63,807 nt of DNA from Eledone cirrhosa (GCA_964016885.1 OZ024744.1:7068001-7131807); one strand, 5' to 3'; shown: positions 39,111 to 52,961, counted from the first letter of the stretch. Numbers and translations are program-made. The notes: generated by a model from the letters alone, not told the origin.

Positions 39111-42100
39111 TGGAAGATGATTCTATTAGTAGAAATGGGGGAGGGAGTAATGTATGTGTGTGGGGGTTGTTATGTGTGTGTATGGGTCTTATGTGTGTGG
39201 GAGTATGGTTAGCATGTTAAGATGAAGAGAATATATATATATTGTGTGTGTGTAGGAAAATTATTCCTTTAGTAGGAATATTTTTGAATGAACATATTTT
39301 CCTTACTTATTCGTATTTGTTCTGTTGTTTTGTCAGTGCAAACGTATGTTAAGTTTTATTTAGTTCCGGTTTTTATTTTCTAAAGTAGAAGGTGTTATGT
39401 GTGTGTGTATGTGTCTGTTTGGATGGTTAGCATGTTATGGAGTTGACATAGTGTATATTAAACCATATTTAATGCTGGTCTATATTTTTGAATAAACATA
39501 TTTTCATTATTTATTCGTATTTGTTCTGTTGTATTGTTAGCGCAAAGGTAAAATGGGAAGACTTGGAATTTGGGTGTCTTATTACTTGCGCATATGTCTA
39601 TATGTGCGCTTAGTGGTATCTGTCTCGTGGTTGGATCTTGTAATTGTTGGCGATGAACTGTCATTCTGTTTCTGAGTGTGAGTTTAGTTTGTCCTATATG
39701 ATCTTCATTGCATCCTTTACATTTAATGGCATAAAGTAGATTTTTTGATGAGCAAGTGAAGTGATTTTTTTACAGTAAAATTTTGTCCGTGTATAAAAAT
39801 GTATACGTGTTGCCTTCAATGAGGTGAGTGCAGGTTCCACAATTAGAGCGACCACATTTTTTGACAGTTGGTTGTAGATTTGTGGTAGGTAATTTGGCAT
39901 TGGTGAGTAATGTTTTCAGTGATTTCGGTTGTCTTTTGCTTTTGATTATTTTGTGTGTTTCAAGGGCTTTTTTCATTCTTGGGTTTTGTTTTAGTAGAGG
40001 GATGTTCTTGTGAATAGTCTTGTAAGCTTCCACATTTCTTGGGTTGTGTGTTGAGATATATGATAGAATATTGGACGTACCTTGAATTTGTTTCTGTTTT
40101 CGTAATTCATCAATGCCTATTGCTTTAGACCTTTCTATTCCATTGTTTATTAGTAATAGTGGGTACTCTCTTTCGAGTAGAATTTCCTTTAATTCTTGAA
40201 GTCTTTTATTTCGCGTTTCATAATTGGAGACAATTGTGCAAATTCTTCTTGCTAGGTTAAAGGGAATGTTCGTCTTCGTGTGCTTTGGATGGTTGGAGGT
40301 GAATAGCAGGTATTGTTTGGAATCTGTTGGTTTGTAGTGTATGTCAGTTTCAATATTTGTGTCTTTTTTTAAGATTAAGATGTCCAGAAATGGGAGTTGA
40401 TCTTGGCTGTATTCCATTGTGAAGTGGATGTGGTTATTGATACCGTTTATTAAGTTTTTGAAATTCTTCAGTTGGTAGAGTGTGTGGGACCAAAGAATGA
40501 GACAATCATCTAAGTAGCGTTTCCAATTCTCTGATAAATATTTGTGGAAGTTCAATCCGTATTTTGATTTGGACTGTTCATATATCTGGACTTCTAAGTA
40601 TGCCATGTCTAAGTTGGCATATGTCGGAGCGGCTTTTGTACCCATCGCAGTCCCCGATATTTGCTTGTAAGTACTGTCATCGAAATCAAAAAAGATGTTC
40701 TGTAAGATGAATTTTAATCCCTCGGTGATGAAGCTTTTTTCTATTCTGTCAGGTATCTCATTGCCAGAATCCTATTGCTTCTAGTCCGTATTGGTGTGGG
40801 ATCTTGTGTAGAAATTCACTACATCGAAAGACACAATAATAGTGTCGTTGTTGACAAGTTTGGGGAGGTGGTTTAAGAGGTCCAGATCGTCTCTTACAAG
40901 GCTTGGTATGTGTTTGAGAATTGGTTTTAGTAGTATGTCTATAAAGTTGCTCAGTCTGTGTGTTTCACATTGTGGGCCCGCTACAATTGGTCTTAATTTA
41001 AGGTATGTGGGGTATTGTGTGTTCACGCAGGCTGAGGTGGATTGTTTACAGGCATCGTTAATTATTTGACACTTGTGGATCTTCGGAAGTTCGTAAAGGT
41101 TGCTGGTTTTGTATTCAAAATGTGTTAAATAATCGCGTTCCTTTTTTAGTTAGGTCTTCCTGCTATCGATTAATCAGTGTGTTTAATCTGGTCATTGTTT
41201 TTGATTGCTGGTAGTTTTTTACTCTTTCATAGTAATTAGTATTTTGTAAGAGAGATAACATAGAATTTTTATATTTTTCAGCCTCCATAATGACAACAGT
41301 ACTTCCCTTGTCGGCTTCCTTAATTATAATGTCCGTATTGTTTTTTAGTTCATGGATAATCTCCCATTCCCTTCGACTCGTGTTGGGTTTAGGTTGCGGT
41401 AGTTCATGGTATGGGAAAGTAGCTATGTGGTCACAAAATTTGTCCAGAACTCTGTTTCTACCTTTTGTTGGGTTCTAGCTGCTTTTATTCCGTACAATTG
41501 TTTCGTCGTTATTCTCCTTGTCAAAGAATTCCTCTATGAGACGTAATTTTCTACAGAAGTGTGAGATATCGTCATTGTGGTGTTGGTGTGAATTTCAGTC
41601 CTTTGGAGAGAATTTTTACTTGTTGGGCTGAGAGGTTTATATTTGAAGTGTTGATTATTTTCGGTTTTACAAAATCGGTTTGTGCCACAGGGTGTTGTGG
41701 GTCCTGTAGCCTTGGTCTAAAAAATGATTTTTCTGGAATGTTTTTTCAATGGTATTACTATATCTAATGGTATTTCCCCTGTTGTTGTGTGGTCTTGTAT
41801 AGAAGTTCGGTTTGTTGATAGTCCGGGTTGTAGATTTTGTTCCTTTGTGTGGGTTGGGATCTACGGTTTTGGAACAGGCTCGGTGTGGGCAGGGGTCTAC
41901 GGTTTTGGAATAGGTTTTGTGTGGGTTGTGATCTGCGGATCGGGTCCTGCCTTGTGTTCGGGGATCTTCGGTTTTTGTTAGTAGGGTTATAGTTTTGTCT
42001 ATGATTTCTGGCATTATCATTATAGTTTTGCTGGGGGTATGTTGGACGTTTTATACTTTTTTTGTTATTTGTTGTGCATGTGGTGTGTGAGTTTTAGTTT

Positions 42101-42780
42101 GTTTTAAAAATGGGTTACCTGTATGTTATCCATTTTTGAAGTCCATTTCGTAGTTGTTGAACCAGGTGGCGTTTTTTCCCCATCGCTGGAGGGATGTTAG
42201 TTCTTCATCCTCACAGTTTTCTTTCCAAAGTTTTAGGGTTTTTTTGTAGAGTAGGCCTTCAGAGTGCTTTGAGATTTCTGTGTCCATCTGTTGGTCGAGT
42301 GACTTAAATTTTTCTTCGTTGGAGTTGGCTCTTAATCGCAACAGTTCTATTTCTATTTTAAATTTTTCTAACGCCATCTTTTCCCTAAGTCTTTGTTGGT
42401 TTTCTGGTTCATTCGGGATGGGTTTTATTTGGAGTTTTTTGAGGAGGATGATTGGGGTAGAATTTAGCCACTTTTCATATATGTCTGCCTTGCCATTATT
42501 TTTTAGGAGATTCCAAAGGGCGATTTTGCGGGCTGTGAGCTTTTTTAAGTAAAAAGAAATTCAAACACTCATATATGAAAAAACAACCTGTGACACCCCC
42601 CCCCCTTGTTTGAAGAACTTTGTAACGCGAACTGGCGCGAAATTTATTATAATTATTGACCAACCAATCAAATTACTTCTCGAAAAACCTGGCATTTCGA
42701 GCCACTTTTTCCATATAAAACAAGAAACATTCAAAGACCAACCAGATGTGAAAAAACCACAGACCCTCCATCTCAACTCT

Positions 42781-42818
42781 ACTTTTGAAAAGCAGAAGAA
42801 GTGCGAAACCGGTAAAGG
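42781..42818 (+). ncRNA. Minimal hammerhead, U3-A8 variant (inverted pLTR copy)
   Basis: CTT-TTGAAAA-GCA(GAAGAAG)TGC-GAA-ACCGGT-A-AAG. Confidence 0.65.
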
Positions 42819-43163
42819 AACCAAATAAATATATATATTTTAAAAAAAATAAGACTCCAGTTGCATTTTCGATTTCATCTTTTATTCTTTATATATATAT
42901 ATATATATATATAACGAAGGAAGTATGGTAAGGAACCAGATGGACCATAACGCACCAGAATACTCAACACTTTGGGTAGTAGAGTGGGTAATAGGAAAAT
43001 GTTCAAGACCTCGACGGCAGAGCTCAAGCCGTTTCGACGGCTATTTCTGGACTAAATTAGATTTTAAATATATCTTCACGCACAGGCATTGCACGATGGA
43101 ATTAGCTAATAATTATTAATAATGGTATATCTTGCAATGGCCATACTCGATAACGAGGGGGCA

Positions 43164-43228
<65 letters not shown>

Positions 43229-43232
<4 letters not shown>

Positions 43233-45369
43233 AACAAAAGATGGTTAAAAGAGTTCCATGTATTTTATTATGCGCATTTCAAACACAAATATCATCATGC
43301 AATAATATTTGTTTTTATCAGATAAAATAGGAAGACATGATATGAAGGTTAAAAAACACTTGTGGATAGTGCAGTTTTAAATCAACATATGAAAAGTAGT
43401 TTTAGATTGATGTGTGATATTGGTAAAAAAAATTTTTTTTTGAGAGGATGGAAAGGATGAAAAAGAGGAGGAGATGAGAGTAAAAAGTGGAGAGGGAGGA
43501 GTATAATGAGGAAGGATGAGATAGGAGGAGAGATGGGTGATAGAGAGAGAGAGATAGCTTTTATAACTGAGAGAAATATATTGTTTTACATAGAGAGGTT
43601 GAAAAACCGTTGGAAGATAATGTATAAATTAAAAGAATTTGAAAATTAACGAAGAGAAAAATAATGTAAAGTTAAGGTTTGTATATTGAAGGGTTTAATA
43701 ATATGTGCGATGAAAAGAAAATGTTAATATGTATTAAGAATAATATTTAAGGGTTTAATAATATGTGCGATGGAAAGAAAATGTTAAAAATTAAGTTTTT
43801 ATCAAGACAATGGTTGTTGAGAGGACAACCATTGTCTTGATAAAAACTTAATTTACGAATGTAAAGTTATAACTGACACCAATTCCTTCACCTATTTTGG
43901 CTCCACTTCCACCTCCTTTAAAGCTCGTCTTTATAACCATCATTCGTCTTTTAAATACAAACTTAAAAGAACCAACACGGCTCTCTCAGAACTCATATGG
44001 TCCTTGAAAGACAAAAATATTAAATATAGCATCTTTTGGAAAAAGGTTTCTTCTGCGTCTCCATACTTGAACAGTTCTCTATCCAAGATTTGCAATCTCT
44101 GTCTAAATGAAAGATTTACCATTATATCTAATTTAGATTCTATAATAAATAGACGCACTGACTTGTTTTCTCTCTGCTTGCATACATTCCACAAAACATT
44201 CCACAAAGTATACAGCTAATATCCAAAACTTTATCAATTTAGAATCTTTTTGTCAAAGGTACATATATATATATACTTCTTTAAAAATATACCCATCTTT
44301 CTACCTTATTTCAAAGTTATTTATTATACATTATATAATACTTGTTACTCACTCTATATCACTCCTATTTATCACTTCCCTTTCTTCATTTTCCCTTTCT
44401 TCTCTTTTTCTTTTAATGTCTAACCCCTAATCTGTACCTTTTCTCACTGTTGCCTAACATAGAAACAATTATTAAACAATACAATACATTCTTACTTTAT
44501 ATTACCTTGCAAAAATCCTTCGTAAACATAAACTTTTTTGACGTTAGATTATTCATCCTCAATTCATTATTTTTTTCTCACTTTCATCTAACTTAATCAT
44601 GCTCATCTCACAATATATCCTTACTTACATTACTTGTTGTTCTGTTTAATAATACATATCAACATTTTCTTTCCATCGCACACATTATTAAACCCTTAAA
44701 TATTATTCTTAATACATATTAACATTTTCTTTCCATCGCACATATTATTAAACCCTTAAATATTATTCTTAATACATATTAACATTTTCTTTTCATCGCA
44801 CATATTATTAAACCCTTCAATATACAAACCTTAACTTAACATTATTTTTCTCTTCGTTAATTTTCAAATTCTTTTAATTTATATATTATCTTCCAACGGT
44901 TTTTCAACCTCTCTATGTAAAACAATATATTCTCTCAGTTATAAAAGCTATCTCTCTCTCTCTCTATCACCCATCTCTCCTCCTATCTCATCCTTCCTCA
45001 TTATACTCCTCCCTCTCCACTTTTTACTCTCATCTCCTCCTCTTTTCATCCCCCCCCCCCCTAAAAAAAATGTTTCCCAATATCACACATCAATCTAAAA
45101 CTACTTTTCATATGTTGATTTAAAACTGTACTATCCACAAGTGTTTTTTAACCTTCATATCATGTTTTCCTATTTTATCTGATGAAAACACAAATATTAT
45201 TGTATGATGATATTTGTTTTTAAAATGCGCATAATAAAATACATGGAACTCTTTTAACCATCTTTTGTTCTTATATATTATGTATACTCCAGTCCTACAA
45301 ACTCTAGAGTGCTTCTTATCCGATATCTGCATTGCTTTATTGTACTACAATAAAACTCACCTCCTACAT
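43229..45369 (+). mobile_element. 5'-truncated Hydra-type PLE (relative of the 48937 element) with inverted pLTR 43229-43787; mutated HHRs at 43263-43327 (-) and 45173-45239 (+)
   Basis: 43826-44217 matches EN region 50946-51339; pLTR matches 48290-48858. Confidence 0.88.
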
Positions 45370-46152
45370 ATATATATATTAGGCTATGCAATAAATGCTT
45401 AGGATTATCCTGAATGGAGTAATGGTTAATTACTACACTGGATAGGGTTGACGTACGGTGAGAGGTTACTCAACGAGTTATGGAAGAATAGTTGAAGAAA
45501 CTCAGTTCCTGATCCTTCTGTATTCGGAGTGTGTGTATATATATATATATATATTTGACCAGTTAATTTTCTTGATTTTTTTTTTAGTTGATTCTATTGA
45601 CTGATGAATAGCTTTTGTTAACTTTAAAACCATTCTGTTGAGAACTTAATTCGTTTTGTGATATTTTGCAATTTTACAATATTACACACTGAATTTTTCC
45701 GCCAAAAATAACAGTTGCCTCCCTTACCGATCCCCACGTGGGTATTGGTAACGGTCAATCCTTGGCCTGACACTTGAACTAAAATCTGTTGTGAAAGTGA
45801 CTTCCTTGTTCAATCATCTTACCAAAAGCTTAACATTATTTGTCTAAGCGGACAGCACTTGATTTAGGAGTCGCAGAAACCCAGATGGTGGATTTTACCA
45901 ACCATCCAGGGGTCCGGGTAAATTTTTCAATCACATTTTTAAATTTGTTTGACCCGAATTACTTGGTCGTTTCTATGGCTGTGCGAATAATGGTTTAACC
46001 ATCGTCTCAGTGTGTTTGGCCTTTTAACGTATGTTGTAGCTCTGGTTCGTTAGAATTTATTGAGCGTTTGCCACACATCTCGGAAGTTGGTTTTCGCTAA
46101 TTTCCAATAGCCGAAATACGATTCTCGCTAATTTATATATATATATATATAT

Positions 46153-47415
46153 AGTAATAATAATAAATTTGAAGACTAAAATCCAAAGAGGGCTCGATAA
46201 GGATAAATAAGCAGCGATTCTTTGCTTAAACTTTAATCTGTTATTTAAAATAAATAAATATATATATATATATAGTAATAATAATAAATTTGAAGACTAA
46301 AATCCAAAGAGGGCTCGATAAGGATAAATATATATCAAATATATAAGAACCGTAGAGCAAATATTTATTAAAATAACAGATTAAAGTTTAAGCAAAGAAT
46401 CGCTGCTTTCACCCTTAACGGGATCTTCTGAAACTAACAAAGTCAATCTGTAAGCGCAGAACTGGATATTTCAAAAAACGTTGCAACCGGAGGAAGACAG
46501 GAAAACGATACTTTGGTTCGTGGAAACGTTCGCTGGCTAAGAACGGGGAAAAACGAATATAATACGTCATTAATAGGAGCGGTGAAAAACAATTACGCGC
46601 AAAGACAGAACCACGTTTATGGTATAAAAGAGGTCGTAGACTAATGTTCTCTTAGGTGGTGCATAGAGACGTTCTCTGGCGATGAACGAAAAAAACGAAG
46701 ATAATACGTCATATGTGGAGCGTGGAGAACAATAGCTCGCAAAGACAAAACCACGTAAATGGTATAGCAGAAGTCGTAGACTAAATTCTAACTAGGAGAC
46801 CGAATGAATCTCCGCTACGGAGTTAAGAACAAAGTAAATAAATACAATACAGAAGTAATATAAATAAATAAATACATACATACACGCAAACAAATACGTA
46901 CATACACAAGCATACGCAAAAACGTACCATAGGTAAACAAAACCACGCACATATAAATATGTGTGTGTGTGTAAGCGTGTATACAAATAAATAAATAATT
47001 ATATAAACGTATATAAATAAATAAATACGTATATAACAAGCGCATGTCTTTGCGTACTATTGTTCTCCACGCTCCACATATGACGTATTATCTTCGTTTT
47101 TTTCGTTCATCGCCAGAGAACGTCTCTATGCACCACCTAAGAGAACATTAGTCTACGACCATAAACGTGGTTCTGTCTTTGCGCGTAATTCTTTTTCACC
47201 GCTCCTATTAATGACGTATTATTCGTTTTTTCCCGTTCTTAGCCAGCGAACGTTTCCACGAACCAAAGTATCGTCTTCCTGTCTTCCTCCGGTTGCAACG
47301 TTTTTTTTAAATATCGAGTTCTGCGTTTACAGATTGACTTTGTTAGTTTCAGAAGATCCCGTTAAGGGTGAAAGCAGCGATTCTTTGCTTAAACTTTAAT
47401 CTGTTATTTTAATAA
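46153..47415. mobile_element. Cluster of inverted family D pLTR pieces; HHR-like motifs at 46385-46435 (-) and 47345-47395 (+)
   Basis: 46274-47045 reverse-complements 62064-62717 plus tail; 47046-47415 is a + copy. Confidence 0.85.
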
Positions 47416-47489
47416 ATATATATATATATATATATATATACCGTATATATATACAAACCTTATATATATATACACCGTATATATTTATA

Positions 47490-47815
47490 CACCGTATTTT
47501 TTGGCATATATGGCGCGCTTTCTTTCAAACTTTTAACCCTCAAAATCACTGTTCATTTTATAAGGCGATGCTCAGGTTTGGAGTAATTACCATATCTTGT
47601 TTCGAATCAATTTCATGCACATATGGCTGAAAATACAGTAACGAGGGTAAAGAACTTAAACATTGAAATAGCTGCCATACCTGGTGGACTCCAGGTATGA
47701 CAGCTAAAACCCGTTGATGTTTCACTAAGCAAGCCTTTTAAGGCACACGTGAGAGAGGAATGGGATAATTGGACGAAGGACCTGCAACATGGAACCAACA
47801 GGACGTATGAAGAGT
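47490..47815 (+). mobile_element. pogo/Tigger-like DNA transposon remnant
   Basis: TIR-like ACCGTATTTTTTGGCATATA; translation IPGGL..QLKPVDVSLSKPFKAHVREEW resembles the pogo DDE motif (LQPLDV..NKPFK). Confidence 0.65.
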
Positions 47816-47942
47816 AACCCATATATATGTATGTATGTATGTATGTAATAGAACACATACATACATTCATAAATACATACATACATACATACATACTTAC
47901 ACACACATACATATATACATATATACAAATATGCATCATATA

Positions 47943-48260
47943 TGAGGGCTGCAAACTCTGCCAAGAGTATTGCTATCGCTTGTCAGATTCAGATGTGTGA
48001 TGCTCGGATATGGCTTTTCAAGCCTGCTAGAGACTTGCACTCCTTCACACACTGACGACAACTTTGGATCTCCCTGGCTTGAGATCTTACATCAGGTTGC
48101 CTATGAACCCTCACAACACCGTGGAGATCATAGTTCACTGGTTCTCTTTGAACATGGCTGTGACTGTGGCCCCTGAGACCAGATTTGCTCAAGCAAATTT
48201 TTCCACACTCAGGGCACTTCAATTCAATGGAGACACCGATCGATCTTCTTGTGTTCTATT
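47943..48260 (-). mobile_element. 3' end of an RTE-like LINE encoding two C2H2 fingers
   Basis: CPECGKICLSKSGLRGHSHSH and [22 protein letters not shown], short 3'UTR ending GCAGCCCTCA at TA repeat; essentially identical copy at 53565-53882. Confidence 0.65.
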
Positions 48261-48663
48261 ACATACATACATACATACATATATATAATATACAAACCTT
48301 AACTTTACATTATTTTTCTCTTCGTTAATTTTCAAATTCTTTTAATTTATACATTATCTTCCAACGGTTTTTCAACCTCTCTATGTAAAACAATATATTT
48401 TTCTCGGTTATAAAAGCTATCTCTCTCTCTCTATCACCCATCTCTCCTCCTATCTCATCCTTCCTCATTATACTCCTCCCTCTCCACTTTTTACTCTCAT
48501 CTCCTCCTCTTTTTCATCCTTTCCACCCACCACCCCCCTCCTAAAAAAAAATATATATATATTTTTCCCAATATCACACATCAATCTAAAACTACTTTTC
48601 ATATGTTGATTTAAAACTGCACTATCCACAAGTGTTTTTTAACCTTCATATCATGTCTTCCTA

Positions 48664-48730
48664 TTTTATCTGATGAAAACACAAATATTATTGCATGATG
48701 ATATTTGTTTTTGAAATGCGCATAATAAAA
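48664..48730 (+). ncRNA. Type I hammerhead ribozyme
   Basis: TTTTAT-CTGATGA-AAACACAAATAT...ATATTTGTTTTT-GAA-ATGCGCAT-A-ATAAAA. Confidence 0.88.
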
Positions 48731-48936
48731 TATATTGAACTCCTTTAACCATCTTTTGATCTTATATTATGCATACTCCAGTCCCACAAACTGTAGAGTG
48801 CTTCTTATCCGATATCTGCATTGCTTTATTGTACTACAATAAAACTCACCTCCTACATTAACTTGCTCCTTAACGGTTGAGCGCTTACTCTCATATTGGA
48901 TACCTTTTGATGGTCCTTCACCTCTTCTTCTACAAC

Positions 48937-51339
48937 ATGGATTATTACAACATAACCAATTCTACTAAAGACATTCCTATACCTGGTAAATCTGAATTCA
49001 CCAAACTTCTTATTGAAAAAACTGACTCCTTCGTAAGAAGACTTAGATGGACAGCCTATTTCTATGACCAGCGCCTAAAAGGGAACTTCCATACCAAAGA
49101 ACACAACTTCCTCGATCATCTTTTTAATTCCAGACGAAATCCTCCTTCCAACAAAAATCTAGCACAATTCGAGGAAGAATTAACTAAAATTATAAAAAAT
49201 CTTACATTCAAGAGATACCCTTACAAAGGACAAGAGCACCTTGTAAATCTCAAGAACACAATCTCTAACCTAAATTCCTCAAAAAATGTTTTAGTCCACT
49301 CTGACAAAACCAATAACCTATATGGTATTTCCAAGGATAATTATAACAACCTTATCCTAAAGGAACTTAGGAAAAAGTATCGTAAAACCAACCATGAAAA
49401 TTTAGAATGCATAAACCTTGAAGCCTATGAGATTATGTCAAAACTTGGCATTGAAAAAAAGACCGAACCATTCCTCCCAAGAACTCCGAGGATAAATCTC
49501 AAGGATCACAAAAACTATTTTCGCACTGAACTACCTGTTAGATTAATCGCCCCCTCTAAATCTGATCTGGGGGTTGTTAGTAAAGCCATCTTGGATAGGA
49601 TTATCCCACAGGTTAGTTCTAATTGCTCTTCTTTAAACCTAAATTTATGGTTTGATACTTCTGAAGTGATTGGCTGGTTCAACAAATTGGATAATAAAAA
49701 CAAACTAAAATTTATTCAATTCGATATTGCCAGCTACTATTCCTCCATTTCGCCTTCACTTCTCAATAATGCTCTATCTTTCGCACTTAAATATTCTGAC
49801 ATCACCACAGATGAACTTCACATCATCCTCACCGCACGTAAAACCATCCTAGAGTTCAACAACGAATATTGGACCAGAGCCGATACCTCTAACAACTTCG
49901 ACATCACAATGGGAGCATCCGATTCATCCCAATTGACTGATTTAATTGGTATCTTCATTTTGAACTCTTTGAGTCGGAAAATTCCTCAACTTCGCGGTGG
50001 AATTTATCGTGACGATGGACTCTTTACTATCCTAAATTGCAATATAGTTAAACTTAATATTATTAAGAACAATATACGTAATCTCTTTAACCAACATAAC
50101 CTAAAAATTGAATTTGATAATAGTACCAAACTAGCTAATTTCTTGGATGTATCTCTTAATCTTGACACTGGCCTATATTACCCTTACCATAAAAACAATG
50201 AGAATCTTAATTATGTTAACTTTAAATCTAACCATCCTACCAATATCAAGAATGCTATAGTTAATAATATTGGAAATAGAATATCTAACATATCTTCTAA
50301 TAAAAACATCTTTGATGCTAACGCCAATTACTATAATAACGCACTTTCTAAAGCCGGCTATCCAGATAAAATCAAATATAATAAAGAAACAAATTCTAGG
50401 AAAACTTACAGTAGAATATTTAATCATAACCATTCCAATAATTTTAATAAAAGACCTAGATACAAAAACATAATCTGGTATAATGCTCCTTTCTCCATCT
50501 CTATTAATAACAATATTCCTAAATTATTTTTTAGTGCCTTAAATAAATGCTTCCCTCCCTCACATATCTATAGTAAAATATTTAACAAACACACCATCAA
50601 ATTTTCGTATTCTACATCCTCCAATATTTCCAACATCATCTCTAAACACAACAACAAAATATTAAATACTAAATCTCTTCCTTCCAATATTGAATCTCAT
50701 AATAACAATAATAGTACTCCTGACGTCATTGTAAACCCTAGGCTAACTTCTGTAAACCCAAATGCAACGTCAAACACAACTTCGCTAAATGTTCATAATC
50801 CAACTCTAAATCAAGAAACTATTATTCCTATTATTCCTATCGCAAACAACTTCTCCAATCCAATTCCTTCTATAGATAACACTAGATCACTCATTAATAA
50901 TCTCTCTAATTGCAACTGCCGCATTAAAAATAAATGTCCTCTCAACAACCATTGCCTCGATAAAAACTTAATTTATGAATGTAAAATTATAACTAGCACC
51001 AATTCCTTCACCTATTTTGGCTCCACTTCCACCTCTTTTAAAGCTCGTCTCTATAATCATCATTCATCTTTCAAATACAAACTTAAAAGAACTAACACTG
51101 CTCTCTCAGAACTCATATGGTCCTTAAAAGACAAAAACATTAAATATAACATCTTTTGGAAAAAGATTTCTTCTGCATCCTCGTACTTGAACAGCTCTCT
51201 ATCTAAAATCTGTAATCTCTGCCTAAATGAAAAATTTACCATTATCTCTAACCTAGAATCCATAATAAATAGACGCTCGGATTTGTTTTCCATCTGCCTG
51301 CATAAATTCCATAGAACTTTTCACAAAGTATACAGTTAA
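48937..51339 (+). CDS. Intact PLE polyprotein (RT + GIY-YIG), Hydra-type; frame open from 48877, in-frame ATGs at 48910 and 48937
   Basis: STKDIP, RRLRW, HSDKTNNLY (DKT), LKDHK, QFDIASYY, MGASDS, YRDDG, FLDV, SNHP, CNCRIKNKCPL..C, LIY..YFG, FKARLYNH, CNLCLNEK. Confidence 0.93.
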   Translation: MDYYNITNSTKDIPIPGKSEFTKLLIEKTDSFVRRLRWTAYFYDQRLKGNFHTKEHNFLDHLFNSRRNPPSNKNLAQFEEELTKIIKNLTFKRYPYKGQEHLVNLKNTISNLNSSKNVLVHSDKTNNLYGISKDNYNNLILKELRKKYRKTNHENLECINLEAYEIMSKLGIEKKTEPFLPRTPRINLKDHKNYFRTELPVRLIAPSKSDLGVVSKAILDRIIPQVSSNCSSLNLNLWFDTSEVIGWFNKLDNKNKLKFIQFDIASYYSSISPSLLNNALSFALKYSDITTDELHIILTARKTILEFNNEYWTRADTSNNFDITMGASDSSQLTDLIGIFILNSLSRKIPQLRGGIYRDDGLFTILNCNIVKLNIIKNNIRNLFNQHNLKIEFDNSTKLANFLDVSLNLDTGLYYPYHKNNENLNYVNFKSNHPTNIKNAIVNNIGNRISNISSNKNIFDANANYYNNALSKAGYPDKIKYNKETNSRKTYSRIFNHNHSNNFNKRPRYKNIIWYNAPFSISINNNIPKLFFSALNKCFPPSHIYSKIFNKHTIKFSYSTSSNISNIISKHNNKILNTKSLPSNIESHNNNNSTPDVIVNPRLTSVNPNATSNTTSLNVHNPTLNQETIIPIIPIANNFSNPIPSIDNTRSLINNLSNCNCRIKNKCPLNNHCLDKNLIYECKIITSTNSFTYFGSTSTSFKARLYNHHSSFKYKLKRTNTALSELIWSLKDKNIKYNIFWKKISSASSYLNSSLSKICNLCLNEKFTIISNLESIINRRSDLFSICLHKFHRTFHKVYS

Positions 51340-52584
51340 GATTCAATTCTTTATCAATTTAGAATCTTTTCTCAAAGGCACATATACATACACCTCTTTA
51401 AAATATACCCATCTACCTTACTTTAAAGGGCATTATACACTCTATAATACTCGTTTACTCATTACCCTCATCCTATCTTCTCGTAAAACAATAACATTTG
51501 TTTTTGACATTTTGAATATTCATCCGCAATCATTATTATTTTTTCCCTCTATCATAAATCTTTTTAATCTCAATTTCATCCTTAATTTATTATTATATAT
51601 ATATTTTTTTTAATATATACACATATATTCTTTAAAATATACCCATCTACCTTACTTTAAAGGGCATTATACACTCTATAATACCCGTTTACTCATCACC
51701 CTCATTATATCTCCTCGTAAAACAATAACATTTGTTTTTGACATTTTGAGTATTCATCCGCAATCATTATTATTTTTTCTCTCTATCATAAATCTTTTTA
51801 ATCTCAATTTCATCCTTAATTTATTATTATTTTTTTCTCCCCATCAACGAACTCATTATTAATACATATGAATTCAATATAAAACTTTAACTTCACATTA
51901 TTTTTCTCAAATCCTTCTACACATAAACTTTTTCTCTTTGCTAATTTTAAAATTCCTACATTTCTTCTTTTGACGTTAGAATATTCACCCACAATTATTA
52001 TTTTTTTCTCTCTATCTCCATACATAATTTCCCTTCGTTATTTTTTTCTCTCTATCTCCATACATAATTTCCCTTCGTTAATTTTCAAATTCCTTTAATT
52101 TATACATTATCTTCCAACGGTTCCCAACCTCTCTATATTAAAACATTATATCTTTTTCTCAGTTATAAAAACTATCTCTTTCTCTCTATCACCCATCTCT
52201 CCCTTTCCACCTTCACTCTCATCTCCTCCCCTTTTTTTCATCCTTTCCACCCCCACCCCTCCCTAAATATAATATATTTTTTCCTCGCACATATCCTCCC
52301 TTCGTTAATTTTCAAAATTTTTAATTTATACAGTATCTTCCAACGGTTTTCAACCCCTCTATATAAAATATATCTCCTCTCAGTTATAAAAACTATCTCT
52401 TTCTCTCTATCACCCATCTCTCCCTCTCATCTCCTTCCCTTTTCATCCTTTTCTCTCCCCCCCCCCTCTCTAAATAAAATATTTTTCCCAATATCACACA
52501 TCAATCTAAAACCACTTTTCATATGTTGATTTAAAACTGCACTATCAACAAGTGTTTTTTTAGCCTTCATATCATGTTCTCCTG

Positions 52585-52651
52585 TTTTATCTGATGAAAA
52601 CACAAATATTATTGTTTGATGATGTTTGTTTTTGAAATGCGCATAATAAAA
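52585..52651 (+). ncRNA. Type I hammerhead ribozyme
   Basis: Paralog of 48664-48730 with intact core. Confidence 0.86.
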
Positions 52652-52779
52652 TATATTGAACTCCTTTAACCATCTTTTGATCTTATATTATGCATACTCC
52701 AGTCCCACAAACTGTAGAGTGCTTCTTATCCGATATCTGCATTGCTTTATTGTACTACAATAAAACTCACCTCCTACAT

Positions 52780-52929
52780 ATATATATATATATATGTATA
52801 CATATATTCAAATGTATATATGTATATATATATACATATATATATATATACATATATTCAAATATATATGTATGTATATATATATACATATATATATATA
52901 TACATATATTCAAATATATATGTATGTAT

Positions 52930-52961
<32 letters not shown>

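Noticed and set aside
45555-46135. Unassigned (TA)n-bounded island
   Set aside because: No ORF, ribozyme or repeat match recognised; cannot be called
47989-48222. Host C2H2 zinc-finger gene
   Set aside because: No TGEKP linkers or splice signals; ends like a LINE 3' terminus and is duplicated with the PLE repeat
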